A DNA stretch of 64,000 nt from Ylistrum balloti (GCF_031769215.1 NW_026782522.1:1-64000), one strand, 5' to 3'; positions 25,972-39,270 are shown, numbered from the stretch's first letter. The notes: generated from the sequence alone by a model not told the origin. Numbers and translations are program-made.

Positions 25972-26370
25972 TGCTTTATCGCTACCACCTGCTGTTTTTA
26001 AACTTCATTTTACCGATTTTAAATCATTTATTAAACAAAATTTTAAAACCTCAGTGGCAGGAGGAATGGAATACATATAACAATTACAAATTGCACTCCG
26101 TTAAACCTGTTATCGTTGAATGGACTCCAGGCTATAGAGACAACCACCGAGACGAAGTTGTCTTAGCCCATCTTCGGATGGGTCATACTTACCTTACACA
26201 TTCATATATGTTGAAAGACGAAGACAATCCCCGGTGCATAACATGTGATGAGCCATTCACCGTTAAACATTTTTTATTAGACTGCAGTCACCTTCTGTCT
26301 TCTCGAGAATGATTTTATCGCACCAGTTCTTGTCTAAAATCACTTTTTGAAACTGTTGAGATTTGTGAAA
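25972..26370 (+). mobile_element. Third I-group LINE fragment (post-RNase H region and CCHC zinc knuckle), no 3' tail
   Basis: Starts GCTTTATCGCTACCACCTGCTG as at ~19268. WQEEWN..N.KLHSVKP..EW..GYRDN.RDEVVLAHLRMGHTYLTHSYMLKDEDNPRCITCDEPFTVKHFLLDC (C-x2-C-x7-H-x4-C). Confidence 0.85.
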
Positions 26371-26510
26371 TACCACCCGCTCTATCAAATTACGTGAATG
26401 TTGCTAACTGGATTTTATCGCACCAGTTCATGTCTAAAATCCCTTTTTGAAACTGTTGAGATTTGTAAAATACCACCCGCTCTATCAAATTACGTGAATG
26501 TTGCTAACTG
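26311..26510. repeat. Exact-length 100-bp direct tandem duplication
   Basis: 26311-26410 and 26411-26510 differ at 3 positions. Confidence 0.95.
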
Positions 26511-28469
26511 GTATCTGTCGGTATTTTTACCACGAATTAGACACAAGTATAGCGGTCTTTATAGTGATTTATTACGTGTCCGTCGCCTCTATGTCATTTT
26601 GGTAATGCTTATGAAGATGCATATCAGTATTCTATATTTGTCCGCTATTTTTAAATACACAAATAGGTATTTCAAATTCGCTAGTGGACATTGGTATTCA
26701 GCTCATTCCCGATGTCAATGTTCTTTAGTGGGTAGACCCTGTCCTTCCATTCTAAACCAACATCAATATTATACTGGCCGTTCTTTCTTAAATAAAAACA
26801 ACAAAACGGTTTGGAACTAATTAGTTGACAATATAGGCAACTGGAACTTCGCTTTCTTATTCTTCTTAACTTTTTTCTTTCTTAATATTTCAATGATTTC
26901 ATTACGTTTAATTATTGTGTATCGCATTGTTGGGAGAGGGCCGAGTAAGTTGTAAGAACTTGTACTCAATGCCTTTGATGGACATATTCGGTAAGACTCG
27001 CTGACATATAAACAAAATCCGACATGTAAACGGAAAAGATTTGGTGGAAAATCCTTCGCTTTCGATGTGTCCGACTAGAAGAAAAACTGATGGAAATTTA
27101 ATGCAGTGACTAAAAAGTAACGCTATGATTGGTCAAAACTGGAAATGTTATATCATCACTGATGTACATTGTATTCCTAGTCTTCACCGACAATAAAAGT
27201 AATAAAGACATTGATCAGTTTAAAGAAAAACTTTTTATCCTGCAACTGTTACTGCCATTGTCGGAATACAACATGCTACCTATATTTTGCTGTATTCGGC
27301 AGTGACGGAAAACAGTTGTAGCTGTAGCGCGTGCATTAATTAGACAGGCTCGTCGCTTTGTTCTTTCTTCACCCTTGCCAAAGTAAATCTTACATCTTAA
27401 GACACTTGTCAAGTTTTATCTTTATATGGTATAGGAAATCGTGTATCATCACAAGCGATGATAATTTTTCTTTCAGAGACGATATAAATTTTGTAGTTTT
27501 GATTTTACACTCTATTGCTATAGAGATCGCATCAAATTCATTTTACCTGCATTAAGTGAAATAAAAAATTGCATTTTCTTGTTTTGATGTTTTAATTTAG
27601 AATTAAAATTTGTTGAATAAAACCAGCGTTCTGACCTAGGATATATCTTACATGTAAAATCACGACTGCAGTCTATATCTAATAAACAGATCACTAACGA
27701 ACCGCTGGCCGTGTTTGATTACATTGAAAAGCAATACATCTGAATAAAGAGAGACAACTCTTACTTGTAGTTGACAACCTCGTGCGGAGTTGATGTGTAC
27801 AGTCTACATTGTACATAACTTACAATATATATCATGAATGATTTTTCAATTTCAACAGTGTCGATATTAAGATAAAAATGTATAAAGAGGGACAGACGAA
27901 ATTCATTAATAATAAAAACCCTCCGTATTGTGTAAATCTCCCAGGATAGTAAGCTCTACATGTTGACCATTCTACACTAACTAAATTTATTTGCGAAAAA
28001 GTTATGGAAAAAACACATTTTCTGACGAGTGTTTCAAATGCATTAATTATACAGACATCATTTCAATTTCCTCCACAAGCACATACACTATACTTTTTGT
28101 CCTGCTAAAGTATAAAAGAAATGAACAATACCTCGAGCTCTGTTTGCTCTAAATGTCAAGAAAAGAATACCGAATAATCATAGCACTTAAACTATGCTAT
28201 CTCACACTCTGATCAATTCTCTCACATTTACCAGGTTGACGTCACGCTAGCACCAATCTTTGGAAAGTTTTCACTCTGAAAAATGATACTAAATCGATAT
28301 TTCTGCCAATCAGAAGTGACATATGGTATAACCTAAGACGAGGGAGTCACGGCCTTTTATTGGCTACATCAAGGACATAGATGAGGGTATTACTTTCTCC
28401 GGTACACAGTAGTGAGTGGTGTAATAAAACGGTACATGTTCCCAACTACAATAACCAGGGTCATTCACA

Positions 28470-28995
28470 AGGTTTCAGTACCAGTGGACTCTTAGATTAA
28501 GGTGTCTCTAGCCAAGGGCGCTAAGTCAAACGAAGGATTCATCAACCTTGGGCACGAGATCGGAGTAAGATTTTACAACCTGTGGGCACTACATCAAATT
28601 AAGGTTTCTGTACCCGAGGTCAAAATATGAAAATCAGGTTTCTGTACCCACGAGAGCTAAATCAAATGAATGTTTGATTAACCGGAGGCACGAGATCACA
28701 GTAAACTTTTACTACTTGTGGGCTTTAGATCAGATTTAGGTTTCACTACCCGGGATACTAGATCAAACTGGGGGTTTCAGTACCCGGATGCAACAGACCA
28801 GACTGAGGTTTCAGTGCCCGAAGCCTCAGTATCAGAGAACGGTTTCACAACACGGGATACCAGATCAAACCGGGGGTTTCAGTACCCGGAGGCAACAGAC
28901 CAGAGTGAGGTTTCAGTGCCCGAAGCCTCAACATCAGAGTAATGTTTTACTACCCGAGGGCATTAACCGGATTACGCCCGAATGGTTTCAGTGTC
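28470..28995. repeat. Degenerate 34-bp tandem repeat with a 102-bp higher-order duplication
   Basis: GGTTTCAS-initiated monomers at 28739, 28773, 28807 and 28841. 28739-28840 is duplicated at 28841-28942. More diverged monomers lie on both sides. Confidence 0.85.
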
Positions 28996-30895
28996 CGTAG
29001 CACTAGAACATACCACTGTACATAAAATATTACATGTGCTAGTATGATTGCAAAATGTAATTAATAGTCAATTTTCTGAGATCTCATAAAAACCATGTCA
29101 CTCCTGCTCATTTGCAAGGAGGTTCATACGTTTAGAGTTTAAATCAAAGTATAACAAAAGGTTTTATATACAATCATTGATATAATGTACGTTATTTATA
29201 TAAGTGGTAAGGAATAAAACCAACCCATTAACAAAGTTTGTTCTATGTTTGTAATAAAATGTAAAACATATATTAATAAGAAATAACTTTGTCAATTGAA
29301 AACAGAATGAAATAATTACTATATACTTAATAAATCGTTCACGGATGATTTCAGAATTAAACAACACTGTAACTACTATTGTAATGGCCTGTAAGCAAAT
29401 GAAAATGAAATAATTCTTTCAAATTTTGTCGTTTGAATACATATTACATTTAAAATAATTAATCGTTCAAATGCTACATGTCTAAAATAAAGTAAGATAT
29501 TTAAAACAAGTCTTCAAGGATTCCCTAACTAGGCGTAGACCGCTTGTAACTAAATCGTGTTCTATATACCGATGACCGTATTACACCATCTTTTCAACAG
29601 ATGTATCAAATTTCAAAAGGCAGTTAAAATGAATATGATATAATTTATTTTAAAGATACGCAAAACTGGTTCATGCTCAACCAAAAAGTTTTTAAAAAAC
29701 TGGTACTAACACATGTAACCAGTATTCTCTTCATTACCGCAACAAGTAATCAAAATTGAAAATACAGTAGGAGTTATCACCCTTAGTGTGGAGTTTTCCT
29801 GCTCGGCTAGAAGTTTGTCGCGAGAAGATTTCAACCTACACACATGTCCGTGGGGAATCGGTTCGTTTGTGAAGTAGGACTTGTTTGTAAGTACAAAATT
29901 ATTAGATAATGTTTTTATCGGTCATTACCGAACAATCAATATAATGATTAATGCGATGTATGGAATTATATAATAGTTTTGATAGTATAGCTGATACAAC
30001 CAGGAGCGTGGGAACAAAAGTAAATTCCACACGAGGTTCCAAAAGGGGATTGATTGATAAAATGTCATTACCGAAATGCGAGATGACGTTTCGGTAATGA
30101 CGATATCGTTTCGGAGATGACATTTCAGCACATATCAATGATTAAATAATGGTACAACACTCGTACCATCCTGTACAAACTAATGGTATTTTTATTTCTA
30201 GTTTTGCTGGTATTTTGACTCAGTTGTTCCATTACGCCATTACAATAATTAGTTTCCGTGAGTATTAGTAAACTGTCCTGCATTGTAATTAATGACCTCG
30301 TATGATTTAAAGAAGAATTCCTGAGTTCGGACGTCGAAAATAAAATGTGTTAAATTCATTAATAAAATTTATACCGGAAAGAGGTTTAATAAACAGTATG
30401 TTTAAGAGTGCCAATCAGTATTAAATGTACCTACCACTGATATATGTACAAATATTGTGTGCCTTTGTGGCAATTGATTTATATTTCCGATCGAATACTA
30501 CAGAACATTGGGTTCAAATAAAAATGTATTAATTTTGTTTGCTACGGGAAAAATCACAATGTACACTTATTTTTATATATATCGCTTCAAATGTAGGAAA
30601 AATCATTTAAAAGTCATGGCCAGCCATACCCTGGCGTAATTCATGACATTGATGACGAAAAGTAGGTAGAGGTGCAGGTTATGTATAGAATTGGCAGAAA
30701 CCGTTTTTTCTGGCCTCTCCTGGAAGACATCCTATGGTATCCGAAAGCAAACATTATAACCATGCTGCCAACACCTCACAGATTGTAACCAAGAGACACC
30801 ATGCAATCGATCCCAAAATCTGGGCTTTGATTGAGAAAGACCTTGATTGAAATGTTTATTCAGGCGTTTACAGTTCGTTTTTTTCAATGTTGAAC

Positions 30896-31213
30896 GTCAT
30901 TACCGCAACGACCTGTCATTACCGTAACGGTGTGTCATTACCGCATCGACCTGTCATTACCGTAACGGTGTGTCATTACCGCAACGACCTGTCATTACCG
31001 TAACGGTCTGTCATTACCGCAACGACCTGTCATTACCGTAACGGTGTGTCATTACCGCAACGACCTGTCATTACCGTAACGGTGTGTCATTACCGCATCG
31101 ACCTCTCATTACCGTAACGGTGTGTCATTACCGCAACGACCTGTCATTCCCGTAACGGTGTGTCATTACCGCAACGACCTGTCATTCCCGTAACGGTGTG
31201 TCATTACCGTAAC
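30896..31213. repeat. 19-bp alternating minisatellite (38-bp dimer) GTCATTACCGCAACGACCT / GTCATTACCGTAACGGTGT
   Basis: 17 monomer starts at exact 19-bp spacing from 30896 to 31200, with strict A/B alternation. Confidence 0.97.
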
Positions 31214-31992
31214 ATGACATTAAATGATCACTAAAAAGTGTTAGAAGCAATAATAACATACACAAACAACATTTACTGCAATGAAAATTTACAAATCTTT
31301 CTTTGGGTAGTGCAAAGTTACATTAATACGAGTTTAAATGTTGTTCATCAGTTTGAAAAAGATTAACTTTTATCATATTTGCTGGCATACTGTCTCAATT
31401 AAATAGAATGTGTTAATTAACATGGTTTGCTGGTTTTTCACAGCTTAATACTGTTTATTTTGGTTTGAAATATGGAATTATGAAAAGAAAACGTTAAATA
31501 TATTCTAGAATTCTGAATACATCAAAATTTCTCATACGTTACGGTAATGACGTCTTAGTTGTTATGGAGATCAAAAAATGTAATTTTCATCAATTTTGAA
31601 CAAATTGACTCGCTGCAAATGAATGAATTATGAAATATATGTTAAATTCTTTATGTTCATTAAAAAATTGTTTGAAAATGGAGTTGTTGGATTTTTTATT
31701 CCGAAAATATGAAAATGTTTAAATCTGAAATCACCCACTGTACATGATACACATTGTTATAATCCACTCATAATATCATATGATATTGGGTGAAATATCG
31801 TCGAAAAAATACATGAGAAAACATCATATATTGATTTTCCCCCGGAAAACATGGACATTATCAATATTTATATTATATTGGTTAGTACTAAAATGTTTTA
31901 ATGGCAATATGATACATGTGCGTGCGTTACAGAAGGCAGTAGAGTTTTGAGAGTTATGTCCCCTTACAATCACTCTTCACACGTGTTTCAAA

Positions 31993-32148
31993 ATGGCCGG
32001 CCCAGAAGATAACCAGACGGAAGGTGTTGAAGTCGAAGAGGAAAACAAGGCATTGAAGACGAAAAAGCATGACTCGGGGGCAGCGGATTTGGAGAAGGTT
32101 ACAGATTATGTCGAAGAGACAGAAATATCCGCCCAAAGTATCGGAGAT
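31993..32148 (+). CDS. HYPK: Huntingtin-interacting protein K, coding exon 1 (52 codons)
   Basis: MAGPED...KKHDSGAADLEKVTDYVEETEI..SIGD contains the HYPK signature KHDSGAADLE.VTDY.EE.EI. ATG in CAAAATGG context; GTAAGT donor at 32149; phase 0. Confidence 0.95.
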
Positions 32149-35100
32149 GTAAGTAAAATATTCAAATCAGAAAAGATATCTGAATAATTTGAGCAGATAA
32201 AGTAAATTGACGTCTCTGGTGAGACAGCTGACACATTGGTGCACAACTAATTGAGGTGATTCATTGACCGATTGTTTAAACAAACAACACAGGATGTCAT
32301 AGTCCTAAATCCAGACTCAGGTTTGTCGCCTATTGAGCTATACTTCGAAGAAAAAATCAAAACATTTTAACATGTTTACAATTCAGCAGAGTACATTTGA
32401 TGATTATACATCCCAGTGAACAGTCCTTGTAAACTTATGACGGAGTTTATTTTTAATATGTACTCGTCTGTTTTTTACTATCCGAGGGAAACATGCTGTG
32501 TATTTTATGTAGTAGGGCTGCAGGCAACAACATACAAAGGTACTACATTCTACATAAAAATTACAAGAATATTAATTTTGTATTGCATATCATATAGTAC
32601 AAGCACAAGCTCAGTAAAGCTATTTTCAAGGCAAACAAATGTATAAATTTAAAAAAAAACCAAAGTATACATGTCAACATGCAGGAAAAGAAGGTTTATG
32701 CATATTTTAATTCAAAATAAAATGTTTTCAAACATATGGCACCCAGTTATATTTCACTTCAACTCCACCTTAGTCCCTTAACTTGTACTAATGCTATTGA
32801 GTGAAATAATCACCTGAGACATAAGATAATTCAACAGTTTGATTAACATTACTGTTGATGGATATTGATGTATTAACAATGATACACAGATTATGGCTCT
32901 GTAATCCATTGTAAGAAATATAATAATGATAAAAGAAAAAATTCAAGATCACTCAAAATAGACTCTTAAATGATCAGAATTAGTTAAGAACATCAATGAA
33001 ATTGTCACCTTAAACTAGAGATATGATAAATCCCTGCTAAAGTTAGGAAGGATGACACAAGAAGAAATATATGAATCTGGTATGAAGTATAATAACTGCT
33101 GTGCTATATCTAAATAACTTGTTCTATGTGGAACAAATATGTTACAAGTAGGCATACACAAAATATATAGGGGGTAAGTATTACTAACCCTATGTTATAA
33201 TGTCTTCAGTATATAGCTTAAGTAAGGTCGATGTGCATGCAAAATAAATACTACTCTGCCAAGTTTTACTACAAATAACTATGTATCTGAAGTCGTCCAC
33301 ATACAGGAAGGAAAGCTAACAATTCAAGTAACGTAGTATGGCTTATAGACGCATAGTAGTACATATCATACTATTTGATAGACTTTTATCAATGACCAAT
33401 TCCAGCTGATGGGACATTTGTTGGGAGTTAATATCATTGGTTAGTGCCTGTTATGTAGTTAGCTGACTATGACATGTATACAGGCTGCATACCTGAGACT
33501 ACCAAGTTTAATATAGTGATAGAATTTGATTAAAAAACATAATTTATTGTTGGTTATACTTGTGTAGGCTTTGCAATTATAGTTAATTGATTATATAATT
33601 GGCTGACTGTGTTAAATATTCATAGAAATTGAATATATTCTCCATTGCAGTAATATTTTTATTTTTTTGTAACTATTATCATGTAAGAGAAATACCTTGA
33701 ATTTGCATAAGTATGAATATTATTGGTAATTGATATGTTTATTATGAATAGTATGAATTAACATAAAAATTTTAAGGCACCAATGATCGATTATAAAAAA
33801 AAAGTTGCCATCGATCATCACATCAGATGAGGTTACATGATTAAATGATTGACATCCTTACAGTGATACAGGACTGTGACTATATTCATGACCCTGTCTT
33901 TGTTCGGGTGGGAGGAGGATGCACATATATAGCATTCATCCCATGGTGCCAAGCCCCTTAGCATCCCCATTCAGAATCAATGTAAACTTGTTAGGACATC
34001 TCAACAAATTAGGTTTATGATAATCCAATTGTATCATCAACACATTATTGTATACAAGATGATCACTGGTCAGTGATGATGGGGCCAAATGTCACATTTG
34101 AAAACTACCGCAATTTTATCAAACAAACAAAGATACTTATAAATTGAAGGGGGGAGGGGAGACATTCACGTCTACAAGACAATTTTGTAGTTTTATTACC
34201 ATATTCAGTAAAGGATCATAGACCTAAGAATATGGTAATACAGTATATATGTGTGTTCCTCTTTTTAACATGCCAAAAAAGTTGTTGACTGGTAGGGATA
34301 TCTCTTATATTTTGTTTTTAGGCATATACAGTGAAGGAATATGAACTGTTTTTGTTTAAATAGTATGAATGCTAATCCATATTTCTAATTGGTTTTGGTA
34401 TGCCAAGCATTGGGAAACCCGAAACCTACCATCTCCTGGGGTTGGCAATCGGTAGGATTAATTCAATAGGATTAACTTCCTTGTTGCTGATTGCACATGA
34501 TTGTGGTCCGGTAGTAAACATTCCTGTTTTACCTTTATACATATTTTTCTTCTTTGTTCTATTCTATTGAACCAGCAGTATTTATTAGATCGTGTTATAT
34601 TGAAGGCTTTGAGATAACATATGAAGACAGTGTGAAATTATTGGGTGTTAATATGGATTATCATCATAAATTTGACATACTTATCTAACACCTCAGCAGA
34701 AATGCTTGTAAGCAACTTACTGTTTTATAGAGACTGGGTAACAAATTTTTGAACCCACTATTTTTGCAAGATGACTCCTAAAATTTTTGAAATGGCACTC
34801 TGGACTCCCCAGAAAATTTTTAATAAAAAATGACACTGGTACATCTATTTGAAATGATTGAATAATTAATAACTTATATATATGGTACAGTGACTGCGGT
34901 AATAATACTGAACTAATGCATTATATTTATGATTACTGTTATTGGATATTAATACAACATAACCTACCAAAGCCTACCAAACCAGCCCATTGATTGCCAA
35001 CAAAAAATAATGCAAGTAATGAAAGTTATGCTACTGTAAGATAGAAATGCCATATATGGATAAAGGTAAATTAAGCATGATGTGCATCATGGAATATGCC

Positions 35101-35273
35101 TTTATCTTGTTGGCATTCATGTTGCCTATGAATGCAACCTGAAAAGAGATGGTGGCCTGTTATTAAACACTTAAGAAAATCAGCATACATAATGTGTATA
35201 TAGTGCCTATATGCTAAGGTGAGAATCAGTCATTATATATGTAACCTTGGCAAAACACAAACCATAATATACC

Positions 35274-35347
35274 GCACGGCTAGAGGTCAGTCGTTTGAGC
35301 ATCAGACTAATAAGTCGGAGGTCCTGGGTTCAAATCCCAGCTGAAGG
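35274..35347 (+). pseudogene. tRNA-Lys(TTT)-like pseudogene or SINE head in HYPK intron 1
   Basis: GCACGGCTAGAGGTCAGTCGTTTGAGCATCAGACTAATAAGTCGGAGGTCCTGGGTTCAAATCCCAG aligns by eye with metazoan tRNA-Lys(TTT) (CTCAGTCGGTAGAGCATCAGACTTTTAA..GGTCCAGGGTTCAAGTCCC). B box intact, A box and acceptor stem degenerate, anticodon position reads AAT. Confidence 0.6.
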
Positions 35348-35676
35348 ATTAAAACTAATAATGACCTCTGTTATATATAGATTTCATATTCTCTTGCTAC
35401 TGTGAATGAACTCTCACAACCATTGACAATCACATTAATATTAATAATAATTACTCTGGATTAAAATAAACAGATATGATGACATAAATACAGGTGTCAC
35501 CCTTGACATTTCCATCTTCATGTGTGTACTTCTAACAGACAGGGCAGATTTGTAGAGGCAATAACTCTTTTCTGGTTTGATCTATAAATTCCTGTATACA
35601 CAACTGAATACATAAAAACCATTGCACAAGTTTGGTAATATTGTCATGTATTTTCTGATTTGTTTTGTTTCTTCAG

Positions 35677-35784
35677 GCAATGAAGGCTGTGAGTGACAGA
35701 AAAGCAAAGGAACGTGCAGAAAGACAAGAACGAGAAAGAGAGCTAGCAAAGGTGAAAATAAACAAGGAGGATGTAGACATTATA
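35677..35784 (+). CDS. HYPK: HYPK coding exon 2 (36 codons)
   Basis: Acceptor TTTGTTTCTTCAG; AMKAVSDRKAKERAERQERERELAKVKINKEDVDII; donor GTAAGT at 35785; phase 0/0. Confidence 0.95.
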
Positions 35785-37084
35785 GTAAGTACAAAGGGAT
35801 TGTCAGCTGCTAGACTGGGATTTTTCAAACGCTGATATTTGAGTAATGAACCCATACTTTTCCACTGTGACTCAAATCATCAGAATCCCAACCCATTATA
35901 TCTCTTAGTAATTGGAATCATCAAAATTTCTTACAATGATGATCTTGATTTCTTTGAAAAATTCTCTCAAAAAATTGCTGATTGATTATAGTCATGTGTT
36001 GTCATTTTTATCTCAAGCAAAAAATGGAGGAGGGATAGGACTTGTGGCTCTAAGTGATGGTAGGGGTTGTACAATAGGGAAATGAAACAGCATTGATGTA
36101 TTTTTCTGAACTGCAATATCTATATATGTATATGGGTGGGTATATTAACAGGAATGTGTTTCTGACCAGGTAAATACAACCTGAAAACATCTCTCCATGG
36201 AGGTAATAATACTGCAGATGTAAACCTGACGTTTTATTTCTGAAACATATATGTAACACTCTTTTTAAGTTTGGGGAAACAGTGTACATGTACATATACA
36301 ATGTATGTATTTAGGCTGAAAACCATGATAGAGAGATTGAATATCATTCAAGGAAAGTCATTCAGTAATAGACACTTTAAATTTCAGCCCTACACTACAT
36401 TTCACAATACATGTTACACCATCTGTACATCAGTCCGTCTCACAAGCCATATTCTGTTACCACTATTTTCTCAGAATCACAATACCAGGTATACATGACT
36501 ACGAAAGGATTGCCTTTTCTCAAAAAAATGATCATAGAAAAGACAGATTCAAAATATTTAACACTTAGTATAAACCAATTGATTTGATATTTTTAGCCCA
36601 CCAGCATCAGATGGTAGGCTGTTCAAATTACTCTTAATATGTGTATCAGTGTTTGTCCCTCTGTCTCTAAAATTTTTTGTTTATCATTTCTTCAGAAGTC
36701 CTGTATGGATTATTTTCAGAATTTCTTGTGAAGGTTTCCTTTATTTACTAGTTGTGCATTGTGTCATTTTGGGACTGATTTGAGAAGAAAAAGTGGCCAT
36801 CTTGGATTATAACAGCTGTAGTTTGTAATTGCTATTTCTTGGGAAGTACTGTATATAGATCCTTCTTATATTTCAATTGTAGGTTTCCCTTGACATCTTG
36901 TTATGCCCATTGAGACTGATATAAAACATTGTCCAACTGGGAACCATCTTAGATTGAACAATTTAAAATTTTTCTCGCTATTTTAGAAAAGGAATTATCA
37001 AAATTGAGATAATATATAGTAAACAATAATGGAGAGAAGTGGAAAGATCTCATTTTAAAAGACCAGAAAAAATCAAACGATGGT

Positions 37085-37900
37085 GGGCACCTAGATCCTT
37101 CTGGAATCACTGACCTGAAGAATTATAATGTCCTATTGCCATTGTGCTTCATTCGTCGCTGTCCGCCCTGCCTCAACTTTCGACATTCGAAACTCCTTCT
37201 AAAGTTCCACCAGTGGGATTGGACTCGAACTTGCATGGAATGATGCTCAAATAGTCCTGACCAAGTGTTGTTATTTTTTGGGTTGCTCTGAAATCCAAGA
37301 TGTTGACAACTCACTACCAAATTAAAGTTCATCACAAGAAATATTAATCTTATATGTACTCTGCCATCGTACTTGAGTTCCATACTTGTTGCCTAACTTT
37401 GAATTTTTAGCCCATCATTATCAAATCGCCCTTCATCCATGGTCGTTTATATAGAAAATAATATTGCTGACAAGGTTTTATTCTAATTCAACCAACATTT
37501 TTAAAAATTAGTTCATTGTTTTCGCAAATTACAAGTTTATATCTACTAAACAAACTATAAATACAGGTATATGTGTGGTATATAGCTACACATACGTAAT
37601 AGTCTAATTTGTACCTTGTACTTCCACTTTTGTAATTTTACTGAAACAATGCATTGTTAAGGGTCCAATGAGTTTTGTAATTTTTCACCTGTTCTAAAGG
37701 ATCAGTCATCATATGCCATGGGGCCATATCTGTCACTTGTCAACTTTTCCTAAAAATTGCTGGTGGTCATGGAAGACTGTCACATCCATGATATCTCCTG
37801 AGATGGTCCCGGCCAAGCGTTGTTATTTTTTGGGTCTGTCTGAAATCCAGTATGACAGACATCTTGAAAAACATATTTTAAAGTTCTTCTCCAATTCCAC
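37085..37900. mobile_element. Decayed non-autonomous mollusc-type interspersed repeat fragments (Helentron/HINE-like, tentative) in HYPK intron 2
   Basis: Two diverged copies of a core CCTGACCAAGTGTTGTTATTTTTTGGG..CTGAAATCCA (~37255 and ~37810), preceded by a decayed (GTCC)n-like tract and an AACTTT..CATT motif. Family assignment is from recall only. Confidence 0.4.
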
Positions 37901-38514
37901 AGGTGTCTTTGAGCTAAATATTGGTCAGAATGTTAAGGAAAGGTAGCTAGCAAAGTGATCCTATTGTCGGCCTTGTCCAAACTTTTACACGGGAGCCAGT
38001 GAGGTCATTTTGTAACATGAGTATCATGTAAAAAACACAATTATTTCTGAATTAATTGAGACAGACAGAAGGCCTGGGCCCAAAATGCTACTCCTCCTGA
38101 AACATTGTGGGAGGACACATTTCTTATATATAGGAGACAGGATTCATGGCTCTTGACACAAGGACTGTGTCTTCAGAAAGGAAATTGTCTCAGATTTAGG
38201 GCTGAATGCTGTCTGTAAACTTTACTGTCAAGAAATAGGTAACACTTCTTAAAGTTAGCTACTGCTCACCCTAACCACTACCTGCATCATGGAAAACAGC
38301 TTCTTAGTAAGATTTCATTCAAAGAAGAAAAAATAAACCTTCTCCCTGTTGATAGTTTGTGTGGCCAGATGATCATGAAGGCCTCATGTTTACCATATTT
38401 GGAATAGGTAAAAAAACTTTCACTATTTTGCATCATTACTTAAAATAGACTTTGATAATTATTGAACTGATAATAAACTGACATGTATAATACATGATCA
38501 CACTTTTTTTACAG

Positions 38515-38610
38515 GTTAATGAAATGGAGATATCTGCAGCTCAGGCCGAGAGGAAACTCCGAGAATTCAAGGGTGATCTAGTGTCAGCATTAGTAGAACT
38601 CACTAACTGA
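38515..38610 (+). CDS. HYPK: HYPK coding exon 3 (31 codons + TGA), UBA-like C-terminus
   Basis: Acceptor CTTTTTTTACAG; VNEMEISAAQAERKLREFKGDLVSALVELTN* matches the HYPK C-terminus (EMEIS...AER.LRE..G..V.AL..LTN). Full protein 119 aa. Confidence 0.95.
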   Translation, partial: VNEMEISAAQAERKLREFKGDLVSALVELTN

Positions 38611-39144
38611 CCACAGTAAAAACTTTGTTTATACAAGTATTACTATAGAGAGGAAAAGAGTGAAAGCATTGGATTTGATTTACTGGATCAGCAAGGATAT
38701 GAAAGGTGTTACCCTTACAGCAGAAAATATGACACTACACTAACCAGGAATATGCCTGCAGGGGAAAAGAGAATATTTCTGGTGTGATGGAATGTCATGA
38801 AGTTTGACTCAGATATCTGCTCTCAGCTCTTAAATCTGTGAAGTTACGGTAGATGAGGAAACATGTTCAGAGATTTTACACAGAGTCAGTTATTATTAAA
38901 AACTCACAGGACTTTATGTTTAGTCAGCAGATGAAGATCCAGTATGAAGGAGATTCTTCTGTAAATCAATAGTGATAATTGAATATTGATTACAAACATT
39001 TTCTTGATCTGTAACCTCAAGGTACATAATCTTTTGCCTACATGTGGCCTCTCGGAGAATATCACACTGAGCTTGTTCAAAATTAATCTGTTATTAGCTT
39101 AACAATTTATCCACTTAATATTTCATCAAGATTATATCGTTTTT

Positions 39145-39150
39145 AATAAA
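39145..39150 (+). terminator. Candidate HYPK polyadenylation signal
   Basis: AATAAA about 535 nt after the stop codon. Confidence 0.5.
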
Positions 39151-39270
39151 GACAAAATTCTTGAATTACATGTATATATAACAATGTACATGAATATTAT
39201 CATTTATTAAAAAAAAAATAAAAAAAGTAATTGAAAAAGTAACCACACTTATTTTATTTTTCATAGTCAT

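Larger units (their letters stand above)
25140..26980 (+). mobile_element. Second CR1-clade LINE remnant: linker + RT N-half, then C-terminus + 3' UTR; centre replaced by an I-group LINE piece
   Basis: KAEVLTDHFSTIS, KAVGPDKISHRMLK, FPAAWKK..V.PLFKK.D.....NYRPISLLS..SKIMER, CDLSKAFDIV*HKGL (25340-25900). After 26370: PP..NYVN....LSV.L.RIRH..SGL..DL.RV, P.C.FG..YEDAY....CPLF. 3' motif GGAGAGGGCCGAGTAAGTTGTAAGAACTTGTACTCAAT (~26932-26970). Confidence 0.75.

Noticed and set aside
15295-26980. Idea that the minus-strand CR1 (no RT) and plus-strand CR1 RT are one element split by an inversion
   Set aside because: Both copies have their own C-terminus and 3' UTR, so they are separate insertions.
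35470-35990. C/D-box snoRNA candidates (ATGATGA...CTGA) in HYPK introns
   Set aside because: No terminal stems, unsuitable spacing and no recognisable guide sequence.
38608-38900. HYPK TGA as selenocysteine
   Set aside because: The protein ends at the conserved LTN terminus, TAA follows two codons later and no convincing SECIS was seen.
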